DNA of 64,000 nucleotides from contig CAWJYV010000007.1 of assembly GCA_963847185.1 (NCBI GenBank), positions 672,001-736,000 of the forward strand. The letters run 5' to 3'. The stretch comes from an uncultured Methanosarcinaceae archaeon (GTDB taxonomy: Archaea > Halobacteriota > Methanosarcinia > Methanosarcinales > Methanosarcinaceae). Numbering within the stretch: position 1 is the first letter of the stretch; each line of letters begins with the position of its first letter. Of this stretch, positions 40,682-50,742 are shown one piece after another. The position numbers were made by a program, and so were the translations under genes. The notes under the pieces were generated by a model, which searched no databases, had not been told where the DNA came from, and saw nothing but the letters and a program-made list of their open reading frames with translations.

Positions 40682-41295
40682 ATGACAAAAATCATAACTT
40701 TAAAAAAATGTGTAACCTTAATATCCGTACTTGCGATTTTAATGATCGCTTTTTCAGGTTGCGTGGATAAGAATGCTCCTGCAGATAATGGAACAAATTC
40801 AGCAAATCCGGAAACAAAAGTAGAGGCCAAAGCAATTTCCAGTGATGATAATACCACTGGAGTAAGTACTCTTGAAACTCTTCCTGCAGGGTTTGAATAT
40901 GTTATTACTCTTCCGCTTACTACTGAACAAATTGGCATTGATTATAAAGCTGAAAATGTTTCCGGAATCCTTGAGGGTTCTGAAGGAGTCTACACAGGCT
41001 CTAATGAAACTGATTATTATATAGACGTAATAAAACTTGAAAATAAGGAAGCTGCAGATAATTTATCACTGCGTACAAGTCTTCTTTCCCGACACTAGAA
41101 AATGTTTCATTCTTTACGGATGAATCCTTTAACGGGCATTCTGCCGTGAAAATCACCGATTATATCACATCTGAAGGAAAAACTGTTCCAAGATACTCTT
41201 ATATCTGGAGCAATGAAAACTATGTAATAGTAGTATTCGGGAACACCGATGAAGAGTCTCCTGTCAAACAGCTGGCAATGGCAACAGGATACTGA
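40682..41295 (+). CDS. Lipoprotein of unknown function; frameshift near 41064
   Basis: Lipobox FSGC; adding one T in AATTTATC continues ITAYKSSFP...FNGHSAVKI...RYSYIWSNENYVIVV...ATGY*. Confidence 0.8.
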
Positions 41296-41450
41296 TATAC
41301 TCAATATTTAAATAAAGGGCTCCATTGCCCTTTGTTTCTTTTCTTTTTCTCTTATTTGGTTGCTTTCAGTTTATTCTCCTCATCTCTATCTATTTTGAAA
41401 TTTTACTGATTACTGGAGAAACAAATCTCCTCTTTTATTTCAGTCAAATA

Positions 41451-41630
41451 TTCCGTAGCTTGCTGCGGGGTGCGCCAGCGCAACTTTGATTATAATTACC
41501 CGATTATGTCAGCACTAACATAATATGTTTCATGATTCTACTCGTGCTTTTTAAGTCTTTTATGGATTATTTTTTCAGATCTCCAATCAAAATTTCATCT
41601 CAAAAAGTGTAAAACACCCCATTTTTACGT
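41451..41630. mobile_element. Short non-autonomous element or repeat remnant
   Basis: Hairpin TTCCGTAGC-TT-GCTGCGGGG followed by TGCGCCAGCGCAACTTTGAT, ending TCATCTCAAAAAGTGTAAAACACCCCATTTTTACG; resembles a repeat I recall from Methanosarcina intergenic DNA (not verified). Confidence 0.45.
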
Positions 41631-41679
41631 AATCCGATCGTTAGACTTTAATATATCTTTGTACATTTGTGTGTTGCAA

Positions 41680-41789
41680 GCCCGGATAGCCTAGTCGGTT
41701 GGGGCGCCAGACTCATAGGGACCTTATATGAGGCGTCTTTAATCTCCTGAGATATCTGGAGGTCGCGTGTTCGAGTCACGCTCCGGGCA
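41680..41789 (+). tRNA. Elongator tRNA-Met(CAT) with a 36-nt intron (41718-41753) at position 37/38
   Basis: GCCCGGA/TCCGGGC acceptor stem; CCAGA-CTCATA^A-TCTGG anticodon arm; GCGTG-TTCGAGT-CACGC T arm; TATA box at ~41647. Confidence 0.95.
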
Positions 41790-41931
41790 TCTAACTCTTT
41801 CCGATATCTTTCTTCCCGTTAAAGGTAATCTTTTCTACTATTTCACCCCACTTTTTATAGTGGTTTCATCCCTCATATCATCAAATGTTTAACTGAGAAC
41901 TTTTAAGCCCTTTTATATCTTTATTACTAAT

Positions 41932-42639
41932 ATGGTAGAATCTCCTGCTGAAGTATTCGAATTGGCAAGGATTCTTCTAGCCGATGCTCACTGGCTCTTT
42001 TTATTTGAAGTAATTCTCAGGTCAGTTTTCATGTTTATTTTCGCACTGATTTTCATGCGCTTTTTAGGAAGAAGAGCAATTCATCAGCTTACTTCTTTTG
42101 ATCTTTTGCTCATTATTGCTCTTGGATCGGCTATGGGAGATCCTATGATTTATCCTGATGTTGCTATCTTATGGTCAGTTTTTGGAATTGGAACCATTCT
42201 GGTACTTTACAGGATACAAAATACTCTGGCGAATAGATTTCCCTGGTACGAAGATTTAACTGAGGGTACTCCCGTAAAAATAATAACTAATGGGATTCTT
42301 GATTCAGAAGAGCTCAAAAAACACACTCCTACACAGGATGATCTTTTTCTTTTATTAAGAAATCAAGGAGTCAGGAGTTTGGGAGAAATTGAGGTCGCTT
42401 ATCTTGAAAGGGACGGGAGTCTAAGCGTGTTTAAATTTCGGGCTGGGAAACAAAAGCCTGGTCTACCTACTATCTCCGAGGATATGATTGAGGCTTGGAA
42501 CCCTCATAAAGCAGGCACGCAGGTTGAAGAATCTGGCTTTTATTCCTGCTATAAAACAGGTGAGACTATCTGGCTCGAAAAGGGAAATACTTTCACGGAT
42601 TGCGAAGGAAATACATGGATATCATCTGAAGAAGAATAA
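41932..42639 (+). CDS. DUF421/YetF family membrane protein
   Basis: GRRAI.QLT.FD...IALGS..GDPM, EG.P...I.NG, AYLE.DG.LS. Confidence 0.9.
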   Translation: MVESPAEVFELARILLADAHWLFLFEVILRSVFMFIFALIFMRFLGRRAIHQLTSFDLLLIIALGSAMGDPMIYPDVAILWSVFGIGTILVLYRIQNTLANRFPWYEDLTEGTPVKIITNGILDSEELKKHTPTQDDLFLLLRNQGVRSLGEIEVAYLERDGSLSVFKFRAGKQKPGLPTISEDMIEAWNPHKAGTQVEESGFYSCYKTGETIWLEKGNTFTDCEGNTWISSEEE

Positions 42640-42825
42640 AATATTTACTTGCTTTTTCAGGTAAATTCTGTGAAAAGATTGGGATTTTTGCTTTTTTGGG
42701 TCACTTTTTTATACCTTTTTTATAATATTCGTTGACGTACTTTTTTTATAAATTGTGGTCTATAGTTATATATTTATACTTTTGTAAAAATACTTTTGCT
42801 TATACCTCAAATGAGGGGGGGAGTT

Positions 42826-43266
42826 ATGGACACAATCTATGATATACTAAAAGCAGAACACAAGCAAGTCTCGGACCTTATACAACAAGCAATACGCGAT
42901 GGCTCAAAAGAATCTTTTATTAAAATAAAGGCTAAAACCGATCCTCATCTGGCTGGAGAAGAGAAGCTTCTCTATCCGCTGCTTCAGGAAAAAGAAGAAT
43001 TAAGTGATCTTGTTAATCATGCCTATGAAGAACATAACGAGATAAAATCAATTTCTTCTGAACTGGAAAGTATGGATGCCGGAAGTTCAAACTGGACTTC
43101 AAAACTCAAGGAACTGGATGAAACTATAAGTCATCACGTAGAAGAAGAAGAAAATAAAGTATTCCCAAAATCTCAGCAAGTCATAAGCCAGGATAGGGCA
43201 CAGGAGATAGCTCGTCGGTACCTGGAGTTTTCAAAGAGCTTTAAACAACAGCATCCCATGCCTTAA
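42826..43266 (+). CDS. Hemerythrin/HHE domain protein
   Basis: L..EH, H..GEE..LYP, EEH, HHVEEEE..VFP. Confidence 0.9.
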   Translation: MDTIYDILKAEHKQVSDLIQQAIRDGSKESFIKIKAKTDPHLAGEEKLLYPLLQEKEELSDLVNHAYEEHNEIKSISSELESMDAGSSNWTSKLKELDETISHHVEEEENKVFPKSQQVISQDRAQEIARRYLEFSKSFKQQHPMP

Positions 43267-43591
43267 TAATCAAAGAAAAATAAGGAAAATAATGATGAAT
43301 GATGAAAATGATGACAAATGAGAGATCGTCAGTCAATACATGATTTTTTATTAACTGGCTTTCTTTACTCTTTTTTCCAATCCTTTTAATTCACTTTTTG
43401 CTAATTATATATTACCTCTTTAACAGTCTATTTCAGTGTCCATTTATTAATTATAAGAAATTTCTCTACTTCTACACTGCTCAGTTGATATTTTTGAACT
43501 TACACGCTTTAGACTTCACATTTAAAAGCTAAAAATCTTATAGAATAAATTTTTAAAAAAAGAAATTTGGCTTCTCTAAAAAGAGTAATCA

Positions 43592-43927
43592 TCAGCGTTT
43601 ATTTGAAAGGAGGAGCTTGATCATGTAAATTCCTAGGATCATAACTAACAAACTAAAGAGGGCCTGCATAAGGGCCTGGTATTTTGGATGGAAAAGGGCA
43701 ATTATCGCCTCCTGCATATTGAAGAAAAAAGAAAACAGAGCGATGAAAATAAGGGCTACAAGAACAATCATCGCAGCTGCATTTACCAGTTTTCTAAACG
43801 AAGCGTCGTTATTTTCCTGTGTATCTCCTTTTCCAGGCATCCGGGCCGCCACCAATTGACGATCCGTGTCTTTTTCTTCAATGTAGGGATTATCTTCTTT
43901 TCCAATCATATATTTCCTCGTTCCCAT
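43592..43927 (-). CDS. Small membrane protein (2 TM)
   Basis: Two hydrophobic helices; overlaps the 3' end of the upstream gene. Confidence 0.7.
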   Translation of the reverse strand: MGTRKYMIGKEDNPYIEEKDTDRQLVAARMPGKGDTQENNDASFRKLVNAAAMIVLVALIFIALFSFFFNMQEAIIALFHPKYQALMQALFSLLVMILGIYMIKLLLSNKR

Positions 43928-44924
43928 CCTTTTTGTTCAAAAGATTCCTGTTTATTATAATGCCTGCCGCCATCAAGAAGGCTACACACATGATCAAACC
44001 TTCAAAGCCGGGAGTCGAACCTTCGGACTTGGAATTTTCTTCTTCCGCAGGGGATTCAACAGGCGTACCTTCCTCTATAAGTGGGTAATTTTTTGTAACA
44101 TTTCGTTCGATTTTATCCATTTTTATTGGCCCAGTGACTTCGGAAGTGATTATCTCCCTGCCATTTTCCTCCACAATAACCGAAAATGTATATTCTGCCC
44201 TTCTTGGTAGTACAAAGCGAACATGTCCTCTAAGCTGGCTTGAACCTTCGACAATTCCGAGTTCGTCGCTTTCAGTATACGAGGTATATGCGTCTGTTTT
44301 TGCAGTGACTACCATGTTCAGAGCTTTGGAATCTCCTCCCTGGTTATAAACTCCAGGGGAAATATCCACCACAACCTTTGCATCCCTATCAGTGAACTGG
44401 GTAATTACAAGGTTCATGTCAGTGAGCAGGATATCAGCAGGCTGGTCAACGGAGGAATTAGCTTTTATGATGATGAACTCGCTTCCGGAGTCAAGAATCT
44501 GGCCTTCCTGGAAAAGCTGGACCTCCACTGCATAATTCCCGGGATTTATAACTCCCAGAGATACAGTATTGTAAGCGAGAGATTGGGCTTTGACATATCC
44601 CATATCCTCATCTTTTTCTGCTACGATCAGCTGTGTCTCCTCATCAATAACTTTGACTTTGACAGAAATCATGGAACTGTCAGTATCCTGGTCATTGCGG
44701 ATATAAGGGGTGACTGTCAGAAGGGTGCCCTCTCCTTGCGGAGTTGACATTACATCTATATTCTGGATGGAAACTTCATTATACTCCCTGAAAACATCTT
44801 CTGAACTCTCAAAACAGCCGGAAGAGAGGATTAAAACCAGCAAAATGCTGATTAAAAATCCATTAAAAAATAAAAGAGGAGATTTCTTAGGTTTTATACA
44901 TAACCTGAATCTCATGGGAACCAA
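43890..44924 (-). CDS. Surface protein with lipobox and PGF-CTERM-like anchor
   Basis: ILSSGC lipobox; C-terminal STPGFEG plus TM helix. Confidence 0.8.
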   Translation of the reverse strand: MVPMRFRLCIKPKKSPLLFFNGFLISILLVLILSSGCFESSEDVFREYNEVSIQNIDVMSTPQGEGTLLTVTPYIRNDQDTDSSMISVKVKVIDEETQLIVAEKDEDMGYVKAQSLAYNTVSLGVINPGNYAVEVQLFQEGQILDSGSEFIIIKANSSVDQPADILLTDMNLVITQFTDRDAKVVVDISPGVYNQGGDSKALNMVVTAKTDAYTSYTESDELGIVEGSSQLRGHVRFVLPRRAEYTFSVIVEENGREIITSEVTGPIKMDKIERNVTKNYPLIEEGTPVESPAEEENSKSEGSTPGFEGLIMCVAFLMAAGIIINRNLLNKKDGNEEIYDWKRR

Positions 44925-44931
44925 ATCCGGA

Positions 44932-45726
44932 TTATAGCTTCACTTTAAGTACGAGGGTCTGGGAGTCAAGAAGATAATCCCCTTTCATCAGATTTACATA
45001 CACATTGGTTTCTCCATTGGGGGCATCTTTCAGAATAGGAAGCTCCGTACCTCTTGTATAGGAAGTTCCTCCTTTTGCCATCGCTTCGGTGATATTAACT
45101 CTCGAACTATTCCCTATCAGTTTGTTTTCTATATCTACTGTCACATACATGGAATCTCCGGCTATGGTTGTTTGTCCGTGATTTTTAACAGAGAATTTCA
45201 CTGTGATATTCTCACCTTTCTTAGTTTCCCAGGTAGAAACAGGGGGAGACGCACGCAGATTGTCCATACTTTCGGCAAAGCCGACAAACTGAAGTTTTGC
45301 ATCAGGCAAAACAACCGTCTGGACAGGCACGACCTTTGTCTTAATTATGGGCTTTTCCTCTTTATCGAGGCCAGATGTATATGACAGTGTTAACATAGAA
45401 GTATTCTCAGCTCTGTCAAACGCAGGAGCCATTACCTTAAAACTTAAAGAAGCCTCATTTTTTGCAGGAATATTGATCTGTGAACTTGTCCCGACAATTG
45501 TAAATGGATCAAAAGAGCTTACAGATACCGAGTCAATTGCCTGAGTACTGTTGTTATTCAATACATTAACAGAAATATCCTGCTCATTAAATTCCTTAAT
45601 CACCAGGGGTTCTGTACTCACAGCCAGATCTTCCGGATTGACTGGCGAGTTTGTTTTTTCCGTCGATGCACAACCAGATATAAAGATAATTGAAACGAGT
45701 AGTATCAAAGTTAAGAACTTCTTCAT
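44932..45726 (-). CDS. Lipoprotein with Ig-like beta domains
   Basis: MKK...ISGC lipobox; beta-rich sequence. Confidence 0.8.
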   Translation of the reverse strand: MKKFLTLILLVSIIFISGCASTEKTNSPVNPEDLAVSTEPLVIKEFNEQDISVNVLNNNSTQAIDSVSVSSFDPFTIVGTSSQINIPAKNEASLSFKVMAPAFDRAENTSMLTLSYTSGLDKEEKPIIKTKVVPVQTVVLPDAKLQFVGFAESMDNLRASPPVSTWETKKGENITVKFSVKNHGQTTIAGDSMYVTVDIENKLIGNSSRVNITEAMAKGGTSYTRGTELPILKDAPNGETNVYVNLMKGDYLLDSQTLVLKVKL

Positions 45727-46480
45727 ATAAGCACTCTCCTCAAATCTCAAATCCGGGTATTTCCGACAAAAAGTTGGGTAAACTGAAGAGTTCTAAACTT
45801 TTACCCTAAAATCATAAACCTACGTATACCCTGTAAATCGAAGATTTGATTCTTAATTTTCTTATATCGTAAAATGAGAGTGTGTGAATATAATCTTTAC
45901 TCTTCGTAGTCAAGTGCATGTCCTTCTCGGTTCAAAAGTCAATTAATTTGATTAATTGTATTTGTATAGTTAACCAATTTTTATAAGGGGGTAAACTTTA
46001 TTTTTATTATTCTAAAATTTATGTTATAAAATGAATTTTTTGTATTTATTGAAAATAATTATTAATTGTGTAGTTCGCATATGAAAAATCTATATTATTT
46101 TTTGACATAAGGAATAAACCTCAACTCTTAAACATAAAATTTGAAAACATTGATTTTATAAAATAAGATCAACTTTCTTTTCTATCGTTATTCTCTAATT
46201 TCCTTCATTAATCCAAAATAAGGGATAAACCGTTGAAAGCACGGAAAACGTGGAATAAGGAAGATATGGGCACAGTTTTTTTCAGTGCTTTCCACCCCGA
46301 ATTGCGCCACGGGAGTACGCAGTCCTTATCGCTGTGCTCAAGAGGACTAACTTATACGCACAGTTCTTCAGCGCTTTTCGCTTTTTCGGCGGTTACGGAA
46401 CCAAAAACATATTTTTCTGTGACTTGAAGTTTATCTTATTTTTAATGTAATAATACTTTTTTCTATGATACAATAAAAAA

Positions 46481-46560
46481 CCTATATACCTATAATTCAA
46501 TAATTGACCTATATACCTATAATTCAATAATTGACCTATGTACCTATATCCAATAACTAA
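46481..46560. repeat. 27-nt tandem repeat (two perfect copies, one degenerate)
   Basis: CCTATATACCTATAATTCAATAATTGA twice, then CCTATGTACCTATATCCAATAACTAA. Confidence 0.9.
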
Positions 46561-46697
46561 TCCTTATATCGTGCTTAGACGGAATTATCATGATTTATTT
46601 CTTACTTTATCGCTCTACTTTTTAGATACCTTTATATATCACTATTGTCTATATAGATCCTCCAAGATTCATTAGAATACCCTCAGGGGGATTATTT

Positions 46698-47702
46698 ATT
46701 ACCAAAGATAAAAGAAAAGTTCAGTTTACCGGAAATTCTACTTATATTGTGTCCCTCCCTATAAAATGGGTCCGGGATATAGGGCTTGAAGCAGGAGATA
46801 CCCTAACTCTTACACCCATGCCCAACAAAACTCTGCTTGTTTCTTCCAGCTCGGGTTCAAAAGATCATTCTGCTCTCAGAGCAACAATAGACTATGTTCA
46901 CTCTGATAGTGCGGAAAATAATCTAAGGATTCTCATTTCTCATTATCTGGTGGGTTACGACTCTATCAGACTGACCACTAAAAAGGGTTTCAGTGCTTAT
47001 GATCGCAAGTTTATCAAAGATTCTGTACGTCAGAAATTGATAGGTCTTGAACTTGTAGAGGAATCCAGAAACGAGCTGGTTTTCCAGTGCCTCCTTAATT
47101 ACAATGATCTGCCCCTTGGTCGTGTAATAAAAAACATGTATGGTCTCGTACTTTCAATGCTCGAAGACTCCATGACCGCTCTTAAGGATCATAATATTGA
47201 GATTGCCGAAGACGTCATCCAGAGGGATGATGACGTGGACCGCTTCTATCTTCTTGCTGTTCGCCAGCTCAAAGCCTCAATAGAAGATATTGAACTCTCT
47301 GAAAAAATTGGAATTAGGCATCCTCGGGAATGTCTTGGATACAGGCTTATTACAAAGAGTATCGAGCGTGTAGGGGACCACGCAGTCAGGATAGCCAAAA
47401 ATGTCCTGAAAATGAACTCCGGAGTCAGTGCTGATGATCCTATTTTCAAAATGGCTGAACTCTCCCGCAAGGTTTTCGAAAGCTCAATAGGCTCAATGTC
47501 AGAAGAAGACCTTCAGGCTATTAATAAAATTGTTGTGGAAGCTAAAAAAGTTTCCCAGTTTGGATATTCCATTGAGTCGGAGCATGTCGAGGGTTCAGGT
47601 AATGTTGAGTTTAGCATGATCCTGGAAAGCCTGCGGAGGGTAGCTGAATATAGTGCTGATATTGCGGAAGTTGCCCTAAACATGAGTATAAAACAGGTCT
47701 GA
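46698..47702 (+). CDS. AbrB-PhoU phosphate uptake regulator; frame extends to ATT 46698
   Basis: RKVQFTGNSTYIVSLP.KW AbrB motif upstream of the tracked GTG; PhoU repeats RDDDVDRFY and IERVGDHA. Confidence 0.9.
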   Translation: MTKDKRKVQFTGNSTYIVSLPIKWVRDIGLEAGDTLTLTPMPNKTLLVSSSSGSKDHSALRATIDYVHSDSAENNLRILISHYLVGYDSIRLTTKKGFSAYDRKFIKDSVRQKLIGLELVEESRNELVFQCLLNYNDLPLGRVIKNMYGLVLSMLEDSMTALKDHNIEIAEDVIQRDDDVDRFYLLAVRQLKASIEDIELSEKIGIRHPRECLGYRLITKSIERVGDHAVRIAKNVLKMNSGVSADDPIFKMAELSRKVFESSIGSMSEEDLQAINKIVVEAKKVSQFGYSIESEHVEGSGNVEFSMILESLRRVAEYSADIAEVALNMSIKQV

Positions 47703-47937
47703 ATCTCAAAGTTTAGACTTCTTTTTTATTTCTTTTTTGTTTCTCTTTTTCTTATCTCTCTATTTTTTTCATTTTTCTATTTTTCATCTCTTTTCAAGCT
47801 TTTGTTTCCTTCAGGCAGCTTTTCAACTTGAAGGTCTTCCTCTTTTTAATCTTAAGTTCTACAGGCTTCTTCGAAAATAGAATCCTGTTTTTTCGAAAAT
47901 ACAACAAAAGCTATATGTCTATCTAAAGCTGTAAACC

Positions 47938-50742
47938 ATGCCTATGGATTTTCAGATCTTGGATGCAGATTATGAAGTAGTTAACGACAGCGGGCCTGTC
48001 ATCCGCCTTTTTGGCAGAGGGGCAGATGGAAAGAGCGTTTGCTGCTTTGTCCCGGGTTCTGAGCCTTATTTCTATCTCAAGGCTTCGGGAGACCTGCATG
48101 CAGTGGCCAGACTCATCAAGGATACTTTCGAGCAGGTCAAAAAGGTCGAAATCGTTGAGAAATTCGAGCCTGTAGGATATCAGCAAGCCAGAAAAAAGAT
48201 GCTTAAAGTTACCACCAATCTGCCCAGGGATGTGCCTGAGATCAGAGATGAAATTCTGAAGGTCCAGGATATAGTAAAAGCTGAAGGTAAATGGGAAGTC
48301 TACGAAACTGATATCCTTTTTAGAAACCGTTTTTTAATTGATAATGGCCTTGGTGGAATGGTCTGGATCTCTGCAGAAGGAGAGTCTGTCGACCCTTCTA
48401 AATATTTACGGGAATATTCTGGAAACAGGTCTCGCTGTGAAAACTTTTCGTGTGATTCCTCAATTCTTGCATCCGGTTTGACGAAAATTGAAAGCCTTGC
48501 AATTGCTCCTCTAAAGTATCTGGCTTTTGACATAGAATGCCTGCCTCTTGACGGTGGGATGCCTTCCCCTGATGTTTCACCTATCATCATGATCAGCTTT
48601 TCCTTCGAACCGGAATATAAAGGGCATAAGACTCTGGTCCTTGTTGCAAAGCCGGTCGAGGGGGTGGACAGTGACGTTCTGCCCTGTAGAGACGAAGTTG
48701 AAATGTTAAATCGTTTTTTTGATATTTTTTGCGAATACGATCCTGATATTGTTGTAGGTTATAACCATCAGGATTTCGACATTCCTTACATCACAGAGCG
48801 GGTAAAAGCCCTTATTTCTAAAGGGGAGATAATTAACCCTGTTGCTGGCAGGGACGGTAGCCAGATAGGGTACAGGAAGTTTGGGCTTATTACCCGGACT
48901 GAATTAAAAGGTCGGGTGGTGGTGGATGCTCTTCCTCTTGTGCGCCGGGCATATAGCTTGAAACAGTACACTCTGAGAGCAGTTTCAAGAGAGCTTTTGA
49001 ACCGCGAAAAACTTGATGTTCCTCCCATGGAAATGGAAGCTCACTGGGTCGACTCCGGGGAAAAACTTAAAAAATTCATAGATTATGCCCGCAGGGACTC
49101 CGAGCTAGCCCTTGAACTAATCCTTAATCTGAAACTTCTGGATAAATATATTGCTCTTGCTCAGGTAAGTGGAAGTCTCCTGCAGGAAATTGTCGACGGG
49201 GGCCAGACTTCAATGGTCGAAAACCTTCTGCTGAGGGAATTCGGGCAAAAAGATAGGGTTCTTCTTCCAAAACCCGGGGATGAACTTTCAGCCGAGAGAT
49301 ATGACATGAGCTCGGATCTGAAAGGGGGAGAAGTTCTGGAGCCAAAAAAGGGGCTTCTGGATAATGTGCTCATCCTTGACTATAAGTCTCTTTACCCGAC
49401 CATAATGATGGCACATAATCTCTGTTATACTACTGTCGTTACCGAAGGTAGGCCTGAGGGAAAAACCATCAAACCTCCTTCAGGGGGAGAATTCGTACCT
49501 CCGGAGATATTCAAAGGCATTGTGCCCTCAATTCTTGAAAATCTTCTTTCTCAGAGAGGCGAGACAAAGAAAAAGATGAGAAATACGTCGGACGAAAATG
49601 AGTACCGAGTACTTGATGCTACTCAACTCGCTCTGAAGATCCTTTTGAATAGTTTTTATGGTTATTCTGGGTATGCAAGGGCAAGACTCTATAGTTTAAC
49701 GCTTGCAAACGCCGTAACCAGTTTTGGAAGAAACAATATTCTGAATACTCGGGACCTTATCAATAAAACTATAGGAAAAATTGTTCTCAGGAATTCGGAA
49801 GCTTTACTTCTGGAAGAAGCAGGGGAAATTTCTCCTCATGAGAGGATAGTAGAATTGTCGGTTGCTTACGGGGATACGGACAGTGTTTTTGTTCATTGTA
49901 CTTCAAAAGGTGATCTCTCTCTTGAAGAAGTTAGCCTCGTAGGAAACAGGCTTTCGGATATTGTCTCTGCTTCCTTGCCTGATCCTATGGAGCTCGAGTT
50001 TGAATCTATTGCAAAACGTGCCCTCCTTATTGCCAAGAAGCGCTACGCTCTCTGGCTTTTTGAGCCCAGAAATTCAGACTGGGAAAACAAAATAAAGGTC
50101 AAGGGAATGGAAACCGTCCGCAGGGACTGGTGCGAATTGACCTCGAAGACTCTTAACAAGGTCCTCGAGCTTGTACTTATTGAGGGTGATGTTGAGGGGG
50201 CTGTCGAGTATGTCAAAACGGTAGTTAGTGCTGTCCGCAACCTTGATCCAAGAAAAGACGCCGAAATAGTCGAAAGTCTTGTTTTAACTCGAACGCTCAC
50301 AAGAAAGTCTGATAGTTACAAGAATAAACAACCTCATCTGACTGTTGCAGAAAATCTGAAAAAAAGGACAGGTGTTATGCCTTCGATAGGGACAAGGATT
50401 CCTTTTGTCATTATTGCTGGAAAAGGCCTTTTTGTGGATAGAGCTGAAGATCCTGATTATGTCCGAGAACATAATGTGCCCATTGATGTGGATTATTATA
50501 TTAAAAAACAGATTCTGCCCCCTGTAGAGCGTATCCTTGAGGTTCTGGGAGTAAAAACATCTTCTCTTGACTTTGATCCTAAGCAGAAAGGACTTTTTGA
50601 TTTTGAGGCGAAAAGACCTGAAGCAAAAAAGCAGGAAAAGAAAGAAACTTTATTCGAAAGGGAGAGTGAAGATAAAAGTAAGGAGAATATTTTATGTTCG
50701 GAGAATGGATATTCAGGACAAAGTTCCCTGTTAGATTTCTGA
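47938..50742 (+). CDS. polB: Family B DNA polymerase
   Basis: FDIEC, GYN...FD, DYKSLYPT, K..LNS.YGY, YGDTDS, KKRY. Confidence 0.98.
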   Translation: MPMDFQILDADYEVVNDSGPVIRLFGRGADGKSVCCFVPGSEPYFYLKASGDLHAVARLIKDTFEQVKKVEIVEKFEPVGYQQARKKMLKVTTNLPRDVPEIRDEILKVQDIVKAEGKWEVYETDILFRNRFLIDNGLGGMVWISAEGESVDPSKYLREYSGNRSRCENFSCDSSILASGLTKIESLAIAPLKYLAFDIECLPLDGGMPSPDVSPIIMISFSFEPEYKGHKTLVLVAKPVEGVDSDVLPCRDEVEMLNRFFDIFCEYDPDIVVGYNHQDFDIPYITERVKALISKGEIINPVAGRDGSQIGYRKFGLITRTELKGRVVVDALPLVRRAYSLKQYTLRAVSRELLNREKLDVPPMEMEAHWVDSGEKLKKFIDYARRDSELALELILNLKLLDKYIALAQVSGSLLQEIVDGGQTSMVENLLLREFGQKDRVLLPKPGDELSAERYDMSSDLKGGEVLEPKKGLLDNVLILDYKSLYPTIMMAHNLCYTTVVTEGRPEGKTIKPPSGGEFVPPEIFKGIVPSILENLLSQRGETKKKMRNTSDENEYRVLDATQLALKILLNSFYGYSGYARARLYSLTLANAVTSFGRNNILNTRDLINKTIGKIVLRNSEALLLEEAGEISPHERIVELSVAYGDTDSVFVHCTSKGDLSLEEVSLVGNRLSDIVSASLPDPMELEFESIAKRALLIAKKRYALWLFEPRNSDWENKIKVKGMETVRRDWCELTSKTLNKVLELVLIEGDVEGAVEYVKTVVSAVRNLDPRKDAEIVESLVLTRTLTRKSDSYKNKQPHLTVAENLKKRTGVMPSIGTRIPFVIIAGKGLFVDRAEDPDYVREHNVPIDVDYYIKKQILPPVERILEVLGVKTSSLDFDPKQKGLFDFEAKRPEAKKQEKKETLFERESEDKSKENILCSENGYSGQSSLLDF

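Noticed and set aside
41680-41789. tRNA as an integration site for an island
   Set aside because: No integrase and no duplicated tRNA 3' end were seen downstream
47938-50742. Intein in PolB
   Set aside because: The polymerase motifs are uninterrupted and no splice-junction or LAGLIDADG motifs were seen
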